DNA of 64,000 nt from Auanema rhodensis (taxonomy: Eukaryota > Animalia > Nematoda), in assembly GCA_964057225.1 (NCBI GenBank), contig OZ059895.1:16554001-16618000 (forward strand). Direction: 5' to 3'. This document shows positions 44,132 to 57,390 of this stretch, piece by piece; the first letter of the stretch is position 1, and every line of letters starts with the position of its first letter. Made by a program: the position numbers and the translations under genes. The notes below the pieces were generated by a model. That model saw nothing but the letters and a program-made list of their open reading frames with translations. It made no database searches and was not told where the DNA came from.

Positions 44132-45166
44132 CTACATTAGAGCGTGTTTAAAGAAGTGCAACTGACCGCCATATAACTAGCATTAGGTCAACACTTAAGT
44201 GAAATACAAAAATAATAATTTAGAACATGTTCATTATATATTAAAACTAAAAAAATACATATTGCAGTCATAGCACAGGCAAATGGAATGGAAACATAGG
44301 CGGCAGTTAGTCAGTGTTCCATATCCCCGAGTATTACGAGGGTCATTTACATAGTCGTGCGACAGAGAAACGAGAGTGGTCGCTAAGTGTAGGCAGAGAC
44401 GCAGATGTTACAAGTTATAGCAAAACCGTGTGTTGGTGTACCGAATAGGTCAACCGGGGACAGTTGGTCACATTTTCTTTTGACATGAACTGCTTGACCA
44501 AACATGAATATTAAGATATGTGTTTAGGCGCAAGTGAAAAAAGCTGAGATTGGAGGGAGAGAGGGAAACACATATATTATGTGGATAGAAGAGACAATAG
44601 AAGATTGGAGCTAGGTGACATCTCTTGATGGCTCTAAGTCGCTTATAGGAAGAGTCGGAAAATAAAGGGAAATGGGATGCTCTGAGGAGTATAAGGCAGA
44701 AGGGGAGATAGAGAAGTAGGAGGAGAAGGAGGGCAGAGCGTGATAGATAGATAGATAAAGATAGATGTAGAAAGCAAGTGATGAGAGAGAGAGAAAGGGA
44801 TGGCATCGTGTGTGAGAGAGGGAGAGAAAACGGGAAATATAATCATCTTGTTGAGTTTTTCTCATATATTTGGAAGCAAATGAGCTCACTTAAAAATTCC
44901 ATAAAGAGGAACTTGCGGAGGCTTAAATGATTCGCTAAGTTTCTCAATAATCTATTCAAATGCAACTTATTTGAAGAAAATAATCTTTTTCCGCTCTTTT
45001 CATGGATACTACTGAACACCTATCCTACAATTTTTCCAAGTTTCGTATAGCATTTCCTATTGTTGACACAGTAGTTCTAATATATACCTTTGAATGATTT
45101 AAAGAAAAATGAAAATTTGATTTTATTAAAGAACGTTTTGTGTCTTGAGTCTGTATGCCTTTTCCC

Positions 45167-45169
<3 letters not shown>

Positions 45170-45241
<72 letters not shown>

Positions 45242-45243
45242 CT
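45170..45243. repeat. (CT)n/(GA)n microsatellite
   Basis: About 26 uninterrupted CT units followed by a degenerate extension. Confidence 0.95.
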
Positions 45244-45349
45244 GTCTGTCCATAGGGTGTTGATGATGGCGAGTGAAGAAAAAAAAAGAATAAATTGCCA
45301 AGAAGTCTCGTCCATTCTTTACATCAGCAGTTGTTAGAGTATGTGTCAG

Positions 45350-46088
45350 AGTAGTATATATACGAGGGATTATAGCTGTTTTTTCAACATTTCCTCATTT
45401 CAACACATTTTCATTCTCTGAAGTCAGAGAATCACCTCATTTACAACACCTTTTTTGAAAAATAAGTGAATTTTCGAAGCACTAAAAAGTGCTTTTCTTT
45501 AATAATTTTTATACATTTTCGATCAATTTTCTGTTGAGATTTCGATTTCCTATTTTCATGTCATTTTCATACTTTTTACAAAATTGATGGATTTTCACCA
45601 AATGGTATTATAAAAATTTTTTATTTTTTATTTCTCTATTATTTGAAGAATCTAAATTTACAATTCCTACTTCTCTTGGTTGTATCCCTTGTGGTGATAA
45701 AGTGTCTCTCATAAAGATGCCACGGAAATTTTTGATTTCTAATGTGTTCACTAAAGCAAGAAGTTCAAGATTTGTAAGACTTGGTAGATCTTTCTTCAGA
45801 TCAGTCATTTATTAAGCTTAATTTTTATAATACCATTTGGTGAAAATCCATCAATTTTGTAAAAAGTATGAAAATGACATGAAAATAGGAAATCGAAATC
45901 TCAACAGAAAATTGATCGAAAATGTATAAAAATTATTAAAGAAAAGCACTTTTTAGTGCTTCGAAAATTCACTTATTTTTCAAAAAAGGTGTTGTAAATG
46001 AGGTGATTCTCTTACTTCAGAGAATGAAAATGTGTTGAAATGAGGAAATGTTGAAAAAACAGCTATAATCCCTCGTATATATACTACT
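45350..46088. mobile_element. Non-autonomous miniature Maverick/Polinton element (739 bp)
   Basis: TIRs 45350-45618 and 45820-46088 (269 bp, one mismatch); termini AGTAGT...ACTACT; 6-bp TSD TGTCAG at 45344-45349 and 46089-46094; core encodes an adenain-like protease fragment. Confidence 0.92.
45608..45808 (-). pseudogene. Truncated Maverick/adenovirus-like cysteine (capsid maturation) protease, N-terminal part
   Basis: LTNLEL..L.IKNFRGIFMRDTL..EVGIVNLDSSN matches the Polinton PRO N-terminus pattern (F.GVF.RD.LP..GIVNLD.S..GTHW) and breaks just before the catalytic His motif. Confidence 0.8.
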
Positions 46089-48500
46089 TGTCAGAGAGAT
46101 TGTTGTGAATTATGGCAGGAATTAAAAGAGAAACCCTTTCGTCTTGATATAACATTGTAAACGTCGAGGAGGAATTATTTAGTAAAAATGAGGAAAAATG
46201 TAAAAATATGATTTTTAGCCAGATAATAATCATGCGGACACTGAAAAATACTCAAAAGAGATTAGCTAGAGCGTGCATTATGACGAAAAATCAAGAAGAT
46301 GTGTGTGTATGTATGTGTGTGTGTCTGTATGTGTGTGCGGGAGGAATGAAGGGGAAGACTGAATGATAGAGAGAGAAAAGAGTGGATGATGAAGAAGAAA
46401 AGTAGGAGAAATGAGTGCGGGGAGAAGATGAGTGGGAAAGATGTCCAGATAGGTTGATAGATGTGTCAGACTTCGTTCCCCAAAGTTGGACAAGTTGAAG
46501 AGTCATCAACCAGTTTAAGCAATCAGTTATATGCAAGATTGTAGGGAGAATGATGAACATAATAAACTCAAAAAGTTGCATTTCGATAAAACCCTGGAGA
46601 AATCAAAGACATTTGCGTCAGTTCACAATATTCTGGGCATTTTGTAGATCATCAACTGAGACATAAGCTTGAATCAATTGGTCACAGAAAGAGAGAAGAA
46701 AAAAGCTTAAGCTCTTCAACATAAACGGCGTAAGTTGAGAAACGTTTGGTAATTTTGAACAGAAAAGATTGAAAAGCAAAGGAAATGGAATTCGATACGT
46801 GACATCTAAGGAGGTGTGTCGTTTACATCATGCTCTTGCTAAACATATACTAGAAATGAATGGAAAACCACCCTAGTGCACATGACGTATTGTTTTGTCC
46901 TTCTGAAGAAGTCGCGCTGCGCTTCAGACTATGCACGTTAGAGCTGCAAGACGCTGACAAAGTTGTCCTTTTCATCATGTAAAATCACATTATGTAAAAT
47001 TTAATTCTTTTTTTTTCTTTACTAAAGTTATAAACTGATTTGCAAGTTACGAGAAAAATGCTTGAAAAAAGAAAATAAAGTAAAGCAAAGAGAAGAGATG
47101 CTGTGAAATGGTGAGAGCCAACTTAAGCTTCATCAGAACCTGCTCAACGCCGACGTAAATGGCGTCTTTTTTCTTATGTGGCCGTTGTTCGGCAGCGAAG
47201 TAGCAGAGTAAGAGCAATGGCCAATCAGGATAAAGCCCATTTGAACTCGAAATCCTACGTATTTTTGGGATCAAGCCGTTATGTGGCCGCCGCGGTAGCT
47301 TTGGGACACAACTTATTTGGAGGAAATAACAAGAAAGAAGGGTTGGAGCAATAATACAAGAAGAGAAAAGAGATTGTTAGCCATTCATTTCAACTATACA
47401 TCTATCTCTCATTGCATATGGGTGTATAGACGTGTATATAGGGTGTCTATCTGTGTGTGTGTGTGTGTATGTGTATGGGTACGTCTGTCCAGAAGACACA
47501 TTGGTCCAATCCGTGTTTCTGTTAATTCATCTATTGTTGAACTCACCGAGGACAAAATGTAAAATAAAGATATTGAAAGTAAGAAATGGCATAAAGAAAT
47601 AGAAAGACGACAAGGAAGAAGACGAAGAACATAAAGAAGAAATGAGTGTTCTCTAGATATGTGAATATCTCTACTAAGTTCAACGTGTGATAGAAACGGA
47701 TTTCTTTTCGATCCTTGGAGTTTCTCATTGAGAAAGTGCAGTAATGTCGTACTAATTGGGAATTAGCCCAAGATATACTGGGAGCTGAACTCAATAACCT
47801 TGCAAATGTGACTAATCCAGCTCATGTCAGCCAATTTCTTCCGTTAAAGCTACGTCAGAAAGCATCATTATCTGAAACCAGGGTAAAAAAAAAACATGCA
47901 TAATCGAGATAAAGCTCTCTGTATAAAGCCAGATGTTTTAGATAAAATGAGCAGTAAAAAGGGCGACATGACCACAGTTAAAATCGACAAGAAATGTTTA
48001 AAACAACTTGGTTATACATTTTATTTGCTCACAGAGAATTTTGGATCCAAAAAATTACTAATTGCATGCGAATAGCGAAAGAAATTGTTATAAATTTGCA
48101 TTTTTTTCAATTTCAGCAACTATTTTGCGGCGGAAGACCGAATGTTTCTTATTTTACCCCATCTGCTACCCCTTCGTCTGCTCCTTCGTTGGAAAAAAAT
48201 ACTGGAAAACGAGTTTAGTGACAAGAGAAAGAAACAATTATGATCACATTTATTCATTTACAAATGACAATATTTCACATTTAATGCGAAAGTGAAAGCA
48301 TTTTGGCAAATGATTCGTACGGAAGAATCATGGATCATAAGGAGAATTTATGATATATATACATAGAAAACGGTGAATCATGATAGGAAATATAAATAAT
48401 AGTTTAGAAAAAACCCGTGATATACATTATAAGAGGTTGGTAAATGTAAAAGCTGAGCACTAGATAACCAGATTCGTTTCCAGAAGACTACGTCTATGCA

Positions 48501-51500
48501 CTAAACCCGGTTGGCATTATCTGACTCGTTGATGTGACATTGTGTCTGAAAAAAAAATATATTGAGAAGCAGCATTTCGTACGTGAAACGATTTATTTTC
48601 TTTCACACTGTGTTTTATCAACTTACAACTTTGTTCTTTTGATCCGTCCACATTCTTTGAGCAAAATCATGCTCATTACGGCGTTTGCAATGGTTCAACC
48701 AGCATGACTTATAAGCTTCAACTGTTCTAGGCATGGCACATTCTTCTGCAAAGAAAAAATTAATTAGAATGTATGGAAGAATAGTTGGATGGAAGAATGC
48801 AACCGATCAATGGACAAAAATATTTTAAAAATGAATGTGAACGACCGAACTGCTAAACTTGAAATTTAAAAATGAATGAGCACAACGTATGTCAATGCAC
48901 TACATGAGCTTATCGTGGGACGGTCGCACTTTTCATCAAAACAGTTAGCAAAACTAACATATAAACAATTTGCTCATAAATTAGAGACAAACCTGTTTCA
49001 ATTTTCAATCGATACTTTGTAATGCTCTTATTCTCTAAGCGACACTCATAGTTTCCGCTGTCATCTTCATTGACATCCAATAGGATGAGTCCTCCTTCAT
49101 TTGTAATTATAGCTTTTTCAGAATGTGAAACACTGTAAATTGATGATATAGTATATTAGTTCTGTTTAAAGCATTTACATCGAATCATCCTTATTCCATT
49201 GGCAGTTCAAATGTCCCTTGAAATGAACAGTATCCGAAGGATAATGTGTTAAATGAGCTGCTCGAGTAACAATCATGCAATCAGATGCACCTCTTCCAGA
49301 CCAAGATGAGATCCAACTGAAATATTCACTGATTATACATTGATATATGCGAATATGCAATGACAAGGTCATTGAGCTCAGTAAGGAAATGATATTCCTT
49401 ACCCTGCATTCTTAGAATGAACTTTCTCTCTTGGATGACATGAATCTCTGGCAGTATTCCAGCTACAATAAGGATCTACAGCACACAATGAACAAGACTC
49501 ATGCATATCACATGAAGATAAGGTGAACTGTGAAACAGCATTGTTAGTAGCTGTGAAGAAGAATTCTGAACGATAGCTTTTGTTTGGCAATTGTTATCAA
49601 AACAACGATACCTCCAGGCAAAAGAGTAGTTGCTCGGATAACACCATTAGTGTTCAAGTCACGAGTTTCGATCAAACTCCATTTCCATTGGTTTCCTTCT
49701 TTCCAATGAGATACTTTCCACATCTTTTGTTTTCTTAACATACGCATGATTATCATGTAAATGCTTCAAAGGAAAATCGTTAGTACCTTCCATCAAATGC
49801 AAAAATAACATTTTGCTCCGTTCTGACATCAACGAGAATGTGAGAGAAAACCACATCTCTAGTTGGAATGATGGGAACTTCTCCCGAAATAGGCTCAGCC
49901 ATTAGCAGATGTGATTTTGCGAAGTGCAAATCAGAATCAGAAAGTTCTTGAGAGTTGGAAACACACTAAATGATAAATTGCTATTTGATGAATCGCCAAG
50001 CATACCGTTCCGGGACGATGAGATGGAACAGCATCAGGAGGAAGTGGAAGCCAGCTAGATCCTGTGTTCTCCATAAAAGCACCGTTGTGGAATAACTGGA
50101 AAGTACAGAGTATGAAAACAATATATGAAACCCAAAATAGAATAAATATAAGCTTGTAGGGGGAAAAATACCTGATTTATAGATCTAAGAGAGAACACAC
50201 AAATGGCAGATGTTTGGAATGCAGTATCCGAAGTACTCATACCGGCGTAGAAGAGGGTGTCATCCACGGACTCCACGCGTGATACAGATTCTTCAGACAA
50301 AATTGATTACTATTATTCTTATTTCATAAGACTTACGGATGTGATCAAAGTAAAATGGATATTGAGCCGAAACTGAGCAGTTCAGTCTAGCTTTGACAAA
50401 TGAAGTCCATACTTGTCTCAAGACAATTCTACCACCCGTATCTTTCTAAAGGGTAAATGTGAAGATTTCGCCAGAATATTTAAAGAACTTACTTTACAAA
50501 TTCGAGCCACACGACTGCGAATAGCACGATCAGTAAGACCTGTCTCAACAGAAATCTCTCGGAAAAAGAAATAAACATATTCTCCAATGTCAAAGGATCC
50601 AACAAATTGAGGCTCTAGAAATAGCATGTTTCATTTAAAGATTTTGAGTTTTCATTATTTTTTTATTTTGTTTATCATATCCTGTATAGATTTCAGATTT
50701 AATCAACAATCATCCCACGAAAAATTCAAGGAGCTCTCGCACATTTTCTACAATTTTTCCGCTTCAGACAACGTTGATTCATCATTTCGGAAACCCCGAT
50801 TAGCTGTCAGCACAAAACTGGCTTGCTTGTGTTCAGATCCATGAATGGAAGTAATTTGGTGTGGCGGATGTGCTAAACTCGATTATGCTGTCCGAAGCAC
50901 AACGACAGAACCGATTGCTGGCGCACAAATGCCACCCGATAAGCACAAATTGGACATATGGGATACAGATTTTCATATTAGGCAAAGATATAGAGGAAAC
51001 ATTGGTTGAGAGATAGATATCCGTAGTCATATGGATGAATTTGACGTCAGCGTCCAAGTTGATTTGGAGTTAAAAAGAAGAAAGAAGGGACTAACGTTAT
51101 TTTGATCAAGCTAAGCTACTCAACGCATAAAAACAACACTCTAACTAACCATTAAGCCACTTGCTATCAGTATAGACTGTTCTCATGCTTGAATGGGCCT
51201 CTTTTCCCTTATTTACCAATGCAGGACGGTAAATCAAGTGATTTTCACCAGCCATACCAGTACGAATACCAGAGTAAATTGTTGAAACTTCTCCAGGATT
51301 TCCCCATTCTGAAGAGATGTATCATTGAAGTAGCTCACACGATAAACTGAATTATACCGACTAGCACAGCCGTAGAATTAACCATTGCATCAGGGGAACA
51401 AATTCCTATTTCAGTTCTGGGATCTTGCCTATCTTTCAATGTGTTAGCATCCAAAACCCGAATTTCAGGCTTCATTGCAACTGAAGAGCAGATCTGAAAA

Positions 51501-53575
51501 CAATTGGATTGGCTAAAGTTTGCTGGGGCAAGACATACATATAGGGACTCTTTTTGATCTTGTAGAGTCATAAAACGCGTTGAAGGTTGGCAATCTGCAT
51601 CTGTATTTCCTATTGAACGACATTCCGACAATTCAGATTCAGGGAGAGAAATATGCTTCTCAGCGAACTGAAAAAATAAAAAATTTCAGTATTAATACTA
51701 TAATATTTTGAATAATTGTCCAATGTAACTCGAATATGAATTTTAAGTAAGTAGAGTTAGCAGAAAGGCTTGAAGCAGCTGCCATTAAAATAGGATCGAA
51801 AGCCGAAAACGAAACAAAGAAACTTCTTGGATATTGAATTGTCATTCAGTTGTCCTTGTCATGCTCTTACTCTCTCATTCTTATTCAAGAAATTTGCAAA
51901 TGTTGACAACTCATCGATCAAAAGTTATATGAGAGTAAATTTGAAAATTGCTCCAAATTCTTTTGCCCGGGATTAGAGAGATAAACACAAAGGTGTGACT
52001 GGTCGTCCTGTAACATGTGAACAAAGAAGAAGTCAGGCAGCATAAAAGAGATTCGCACCGAAAGAACGACATGACTAACAAAGGTAGGTCGACAGATGTT
52101 GAATGACATTGGGAAATATAGAGACTAACACACGATTATTCTCATGCTTATAGGATAGTATAATATATAAGTGAAATACCAAAAACAAAAATGAAAATGT
52201 AGAACTAACCAAATTTTTCGATGTATCATTGATGTTGTAAGCCCAAAGCCTGTATATACGTCCACGTGCACCTACATACAAGGATCCTGAGTTTGAGTCA
52301 AGCACCAAATTTCGATAATCAAGATCTCCTCTAGCGAATACATTATCTGAAAGAATAACAATTATAATTATTAAGAAATTAAATTAGAGTGTCAAGATTC
52401 ATAACATGCGTGTGCAGACCTAATATGCTAATTTCACGTTGATAGGAACTTAAAGTCAAATTTCATTTTTGTTCATTTAGCCGGAGAGTGCGGTTGCATT
52501 CAAATAAAAATTTCAATTTGCAGTGTTTCATGTTTCAAATAAACAATAATTCTTCGTGTATAGCCAATGCTACTCGAACAAGGAAAGATTTATGTTTGCC
52601 CAGAGTGAAGATACTGCTGGGAATTCAAATTAAAGTACGACGAGCTGTCGAATTCATTGCCCCTATCGTGATCATCGTAGGTTTGCGAAAATCAAATTGA
52701 TCGAATAAGGTCGAACCACTTCAGATATGTTTCAACACTGATCACTCTAAACCATTCGATAATTATGGCAGCGGGCTGGATCTTTAGAAAGATGAATCGC
52801 ATAAGAGCTGTCACATGTGTCTTATCCCCTCATTCAGCCTATACCGCGTCCTCTCTCCCCTTCTCCTAACAACCTAATTGGAGTCGCTGGCCATATTCGA
52901 AGACAAGTGAGGTCAGTATAAAAGCTATGAAAGCGAAAAACAGCACAAACAGCAAAAACAACGTTAAAGTTGATTGACCTTATAACTATAACAAGTATAG
53001 AAGTTTTCAGTGACTTTCAAATCAATAGAAACGCTGTTTGCTAAAAAAATAACGCTTTTCGTAAAAAAGTAGTAGTTGAGAGGGAGATGATTCAAAAGGT
53101 AATATGATATTGATCGAAATAAAAAAATTAAGGGGATATTCTTTGAAATGTCCGGCATCAAAAACCATAAATCGGAGTTACGACTGGAATAAGGACGACT
53201 GTATAGCACAATGTAATATAAGTTGTCTAGCATTATAATCTTATGATATTCATAGCATTACTTTACAATTTAATCAAAGAAAAAATATTCGGGAATAAGA
53301 TTGAACAAAAAAATAACAAAAGAGTTCGGCGCAAATGAGTTTAGGATAGAAAGAACAAGTACTGGAAATTCTATTATTTGAACGGAGAACAGACAAACCC
53401 CCAAACTAAAATCTGCACACACAAAAAAAGATTTTACCAAACCATACAAATATGAAAATATAGAAAGAAAGCGTGAAATAAAAAAAAGGATTGAGTTCTT
53501 ACCTGGAATTCGTTGTTCAGCTGCTATACTGATAGAACATAACAGTAGGATGTAAGTAGTTAGTAAAAATAACAT
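48501..53575 (-). CDS. mab-20: Secreted semaphorin-2A (Sema-PSI-Ig)
   Basis: Signal peptide; [12 protein letters not shown]; [20 protein letters not shown]; [12 protein letters not shown]; PSI domain [12 protein letters not shown]; Ig domain; no TM. Confidence 0.92.
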
Positions 53576-54252
53576 TATGCAATCATGGAATAATAATTTA
53601 AGTTAGTGAAAATATGAAATTATTCTAGAAACAACTCCTTAGATGGAGAGGACTCTGTTTGTGAGGCGTATGGACCGGGTGGTCTATTCAAATGTGTTGT
53701 GGGCGGGACCCCCACAATGCCCTCTCCTAACAGAACCCAACACAATCGATCGTCCTCCAACGGACCCTCCTTTCCCTCTATTCTTCTTTGCACATAAAAA
53801 GTCTCTCAATAATTTTAGACAAGGAACACATTGAAAAGAACATCGACCAGCTGTTATAAAACATAAAACTATGTATTATATGTTATTAGTAGTCAACTAC
53901 TTCTCAAAACTTTAGCACATAGTCAAAAAGATTTTAGTTATACTGTCTCTGTGTGTCAATATAATAATGTATGTTCATATATTTTTATCCATAACAAGAC
54001 AATGAGAAAAAGATTTCGATTTGAAAATTCATTAAAAAATCTGTTGATATGAGCAATTTCTATGTTGTTATATCATATATCACAGTAAAAACATTTTAAC
54101 ACAAAAGTGAGTTAAAGTAGGCATGAGTTACAACAGTATTAGAACAGTACATATACAAACACACCGGAATGAAAAAAAAAACTGATACCGAAAACAAATT
54201 ATATCGGATTGAATATGACTAGAAGCATATCATAGGGCGCTATAATCAGTTA

Positions 54253-55754
54253 CTATTGAGATTTGTATTTCTCAAGACAACGCTTGAAAGCATCTTCAGC
54301 TGAAGATCCTTGTGAAATAGCTGAAGCAACTTCCTGTGACCTATCCAGCACAGCCTATAAAAATAATTATTATGTTTCATTTAAGGAAAAGTAAGATTTA
54401 ATATATTATGCTAAACAAATATTGCCATGTACATGCACATATGTCATATGCACATATATAGTAACAGAGATTTAAAGAGGTCTCACAAGCATTTGTTTGC
54501 AGATTATAAGCTCCAAAAGGTCCGAAGAAATAGATACGACATAAAGAAAATAATAAGTAATGCTATAGAGAAAAGAAGTAAATCAAATAAAATAATGCCA
54601 GCTAGAACGAAAAAGAGAGAGAGAGAGAACTAATCCAAAAATTAGAAGAAAAAAAAATATAAACCTGCTTATCAGTTAAATCACATTGGTTCAGAAAGCG
54701 CATAGATAAGGACGGCATGACACCTAGCTTCTGTAGTGTAGATAATGCTTTGATGTAATATTCAATCTGATAAAATTGTATAATTCATTCAAAAAATATG
54801 ACAAATAACTTACATGAACCCAACGACGACGTGGCAAATTCTCAAGAGTTTCCTCAACTAAATTTTCTCGATATCCTTTAGTTAACAGTCTGGACCTATA
54901 TAGGTCTTTAGTTGATACTTCGGTTCCCGAACCGGATGTTTGAGAAAGTGTGCTAGATGATAAAGGCCTTGGCATAGCTTTTGATCCTATAATAAAAAGT
55001 TTAAAAGCAATAAACACGTTGTGATTACCTTCCGGCACGGATCCATTTATTTCCGCATTTACAGTTTTATCCTGTGGAACCTTGAAAGATAACGAAGGGT
55101 ACGACGGTAATGCTTTGGGTGCTGTTAAATCGGGTGCAGGAGTAGAAGGCTCTGATGAAGCACTCAAGACCTAATGAATACAGTTGAATAAACCTGATCT
55201 TAGAATCTAACAAACCTGACTTAACGCAGTTTTATCATCAATAGTCTTCCATTCTAGCTCATCAAATACATTTCCTTTAAGTTCGAATTCTTCAAAATTC
55301 ATCAAGTTCGTTGTTGCTGGCAATAAAGGAACAGATCGACTTGTATCTCCTGTTATTCTAGTAGGTTGAAGTACTTCCTGAAAATATAGAAACAGATAAA
55401 ATGGTAAATCATAAACTTCATACTGATGATATCATTGAGTGGGCTGCTGAGTAACTATATAAGCTTTCAACAGCTACCTCCTTAGGAGGTGCAACTTCAT
55501 TTCTTTTATCATACATTTCCCTAGCTTGATTCTCAACGGCGAAGGTGTACTAAATAATATTGATTTAAAAAAACGGTTTTAAACTTAAGTTTACACTTGT
55601 AAATGAATGTATATTAGGTAATCTCATAGTAGGAATGCATATTTCTGGTCTTGGAAGAAAATTCCTACCTATTTCCATTGGAACGTCCAATATATACTCT
55701 AAATTGTTGGTAAGTTACCATATATCGTACTTAGTTACCTTCAACTCTTCTCAT
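54253..55754 (-). CDS. UBAP1-like ESCRT-I subunit (UMA domain + UBA repeats)
   Basis: YILDVPMEIGRNF..YTFAVE (UMA); MNFEEFELKGNVFDELEWKTIDDKTALSQVL (UBAP1 central motif); C-terminal UBA-like helices. Confidence 0.75.
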
Positions 55755-56100
55755 TTTGTTCTTGTAGTGAATAAGAAATACTCATAAGTTGAATTGGACA
55801 GAATATGTTATGTTTTCAGAAAAGGTAAACCATTACGTAACAGCCTATAACAACTATAACATACAGTTTCAGAAATAAAGTGGAACTATTATAAAAACGA
55901 AATGATTCAAAGACCCTAACAGATTACAAAGCATTAAGCAGTGAGTTTTTGCCAACGGTCGTAACAATAACAGTACGTGCATGCTGTTTACACACGTGCA
56001 TGCAACTAACGTTCTTCAAAAATCATTTTAGCTGTAATTACTCACATGATTCTGGAATAGTTCTATGCTTAATTCAACTTTTTAATTTTTTTTACCAAAG

Positions 56101-57075
56101 ATGAAGCTTTTGGAAAATTCGAATCTCGAAGCTCTTTCTTCAAGGATAAGTATATCTGCAGTAGATTGCATTTTAGACTTAAAGTGAGTTATGCCATTTA
56201 TTGGAAAATTAATAAGCATTTTTATTTTCAGGATTGAAGCCTACTCATGTAAAATGGTTCAAAGTGACAAAAAGCAATGGAAATATGTTGATAATAATCT
56301 ACCTGCTGACCGACAAGTAATCATTATAGGGGTATCCCTTTTGCGGATATTTGTTTTAGCCCCTGTCTCCACCAGATGATTTCTTGAGTCTCAGCGCTTC
56401 CCCTATAGGGCACTCAGCTCGGATGCGTCATCTTTCTGAACCTAGTTGCTCAAGTTCTGATAATGATGGGGAGGATGTAAACTTATTATAAATGTAAAAT
56501 GCATTAAGAAGCCGTCTTTTAGCTGTTAGTTGACTCGATTTCGATGAGAACATTGTTTGATCTGAGAGGTGTTTTGAGTTGCGCATACTCAGACTATGAC
56601 TTCAGTGAAGTCAAAAGCTGTTCTTTCTCGCTCATTCCAACTTTGGACGTATATTAATGTAGTTCTTATCTGAATTTTCATTATATATTCTTCAGATTGT
56701 ATGCGATGCAGTCGATGCTCGTTTCGCGGCTACTGTTCATGAATATCCCCACGTTAAAGAGGATTTATGGAGTGCCGTGGAAACAGAAATTGATCCACAA
56801 TCTTGTAAAATATATGGGTATTTTATACTTTGGTTGATTTGCGTATAGTTTCGTATTATAGCTATAAGTCAGAATTTAATGGTGATCCGTTTTCTGAAGA
56901 CGGTTGTATGTGGGGATTCAGTTTCATTTTTTTTAATAAGGTGTGCTCTTATATAAGAATAGTATATAAAAATATGTTATAGAATTTGAAAAGAGTTCTC
57001 TTGCTATCTTGTCGAGCTTTATCTCAAAATGCACATAATTCTTCCAGCGAGCTCTGGGATTTGGATGAAGATTAG
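56101..57075 (+). CDS. mafr-1: MAF1 repressor of RNA polymerase III
   Basis: MKLLENSNLEALS; IEAYSCKM; AYSDYDFS; LWSAVETEI; DPFSEDGCMWGFSFIFFNKNLKRV. Confidence 0.93.
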
Positions 57076-57390
57076 CTTTTCTTCTAGTTATTGCTTAGCA
57101 CCGATTACTAATGCATTTTATCTTTACTTTAATACGTTGGTCAGGATCCGCTAGTTTTAGGTTAAACTAGATTTGCCATAGTGCCGGTCAGTGTCCGGTA
57201 TGTATAATAGTTCTCAGTTTTTTCTTTTTTTCCCTGACTTTTCAGCATGTTTGTAATTATTTTGATTTACTAAGCACTTAGTCACAATGTATATAAATGT
57301 CAACATCACTTCTTTTACCTTGTTTGAAAGATCATCGGTTATGACCTATGTTTATTCAATATTTATGTTTTGATTTGTCAATTTGCTTAG

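Noticed and set aside
44468-45337. Overlapping ORFs rich in LSLS/ERER repeats
   Set aside because: They are translations of GA/CT low-complexity and microsatellite DNA, with no splice structure or recognisable domain
46100-48400. Short ORFs and a GC-richer patch (about 47100-47310) downstream of mab-20
   Set aside because: No homology or coherent exon chain; more likely non-coding regulatory DNA with TG/GA repeats
50690-50790. C/D-box-like motifs (ATGATGA...CTGA) in a mab-20 intron
   Set aside because: No convincing terminal stem and no guide target that I can recognise; such short motifs are common in AT-rich DNA
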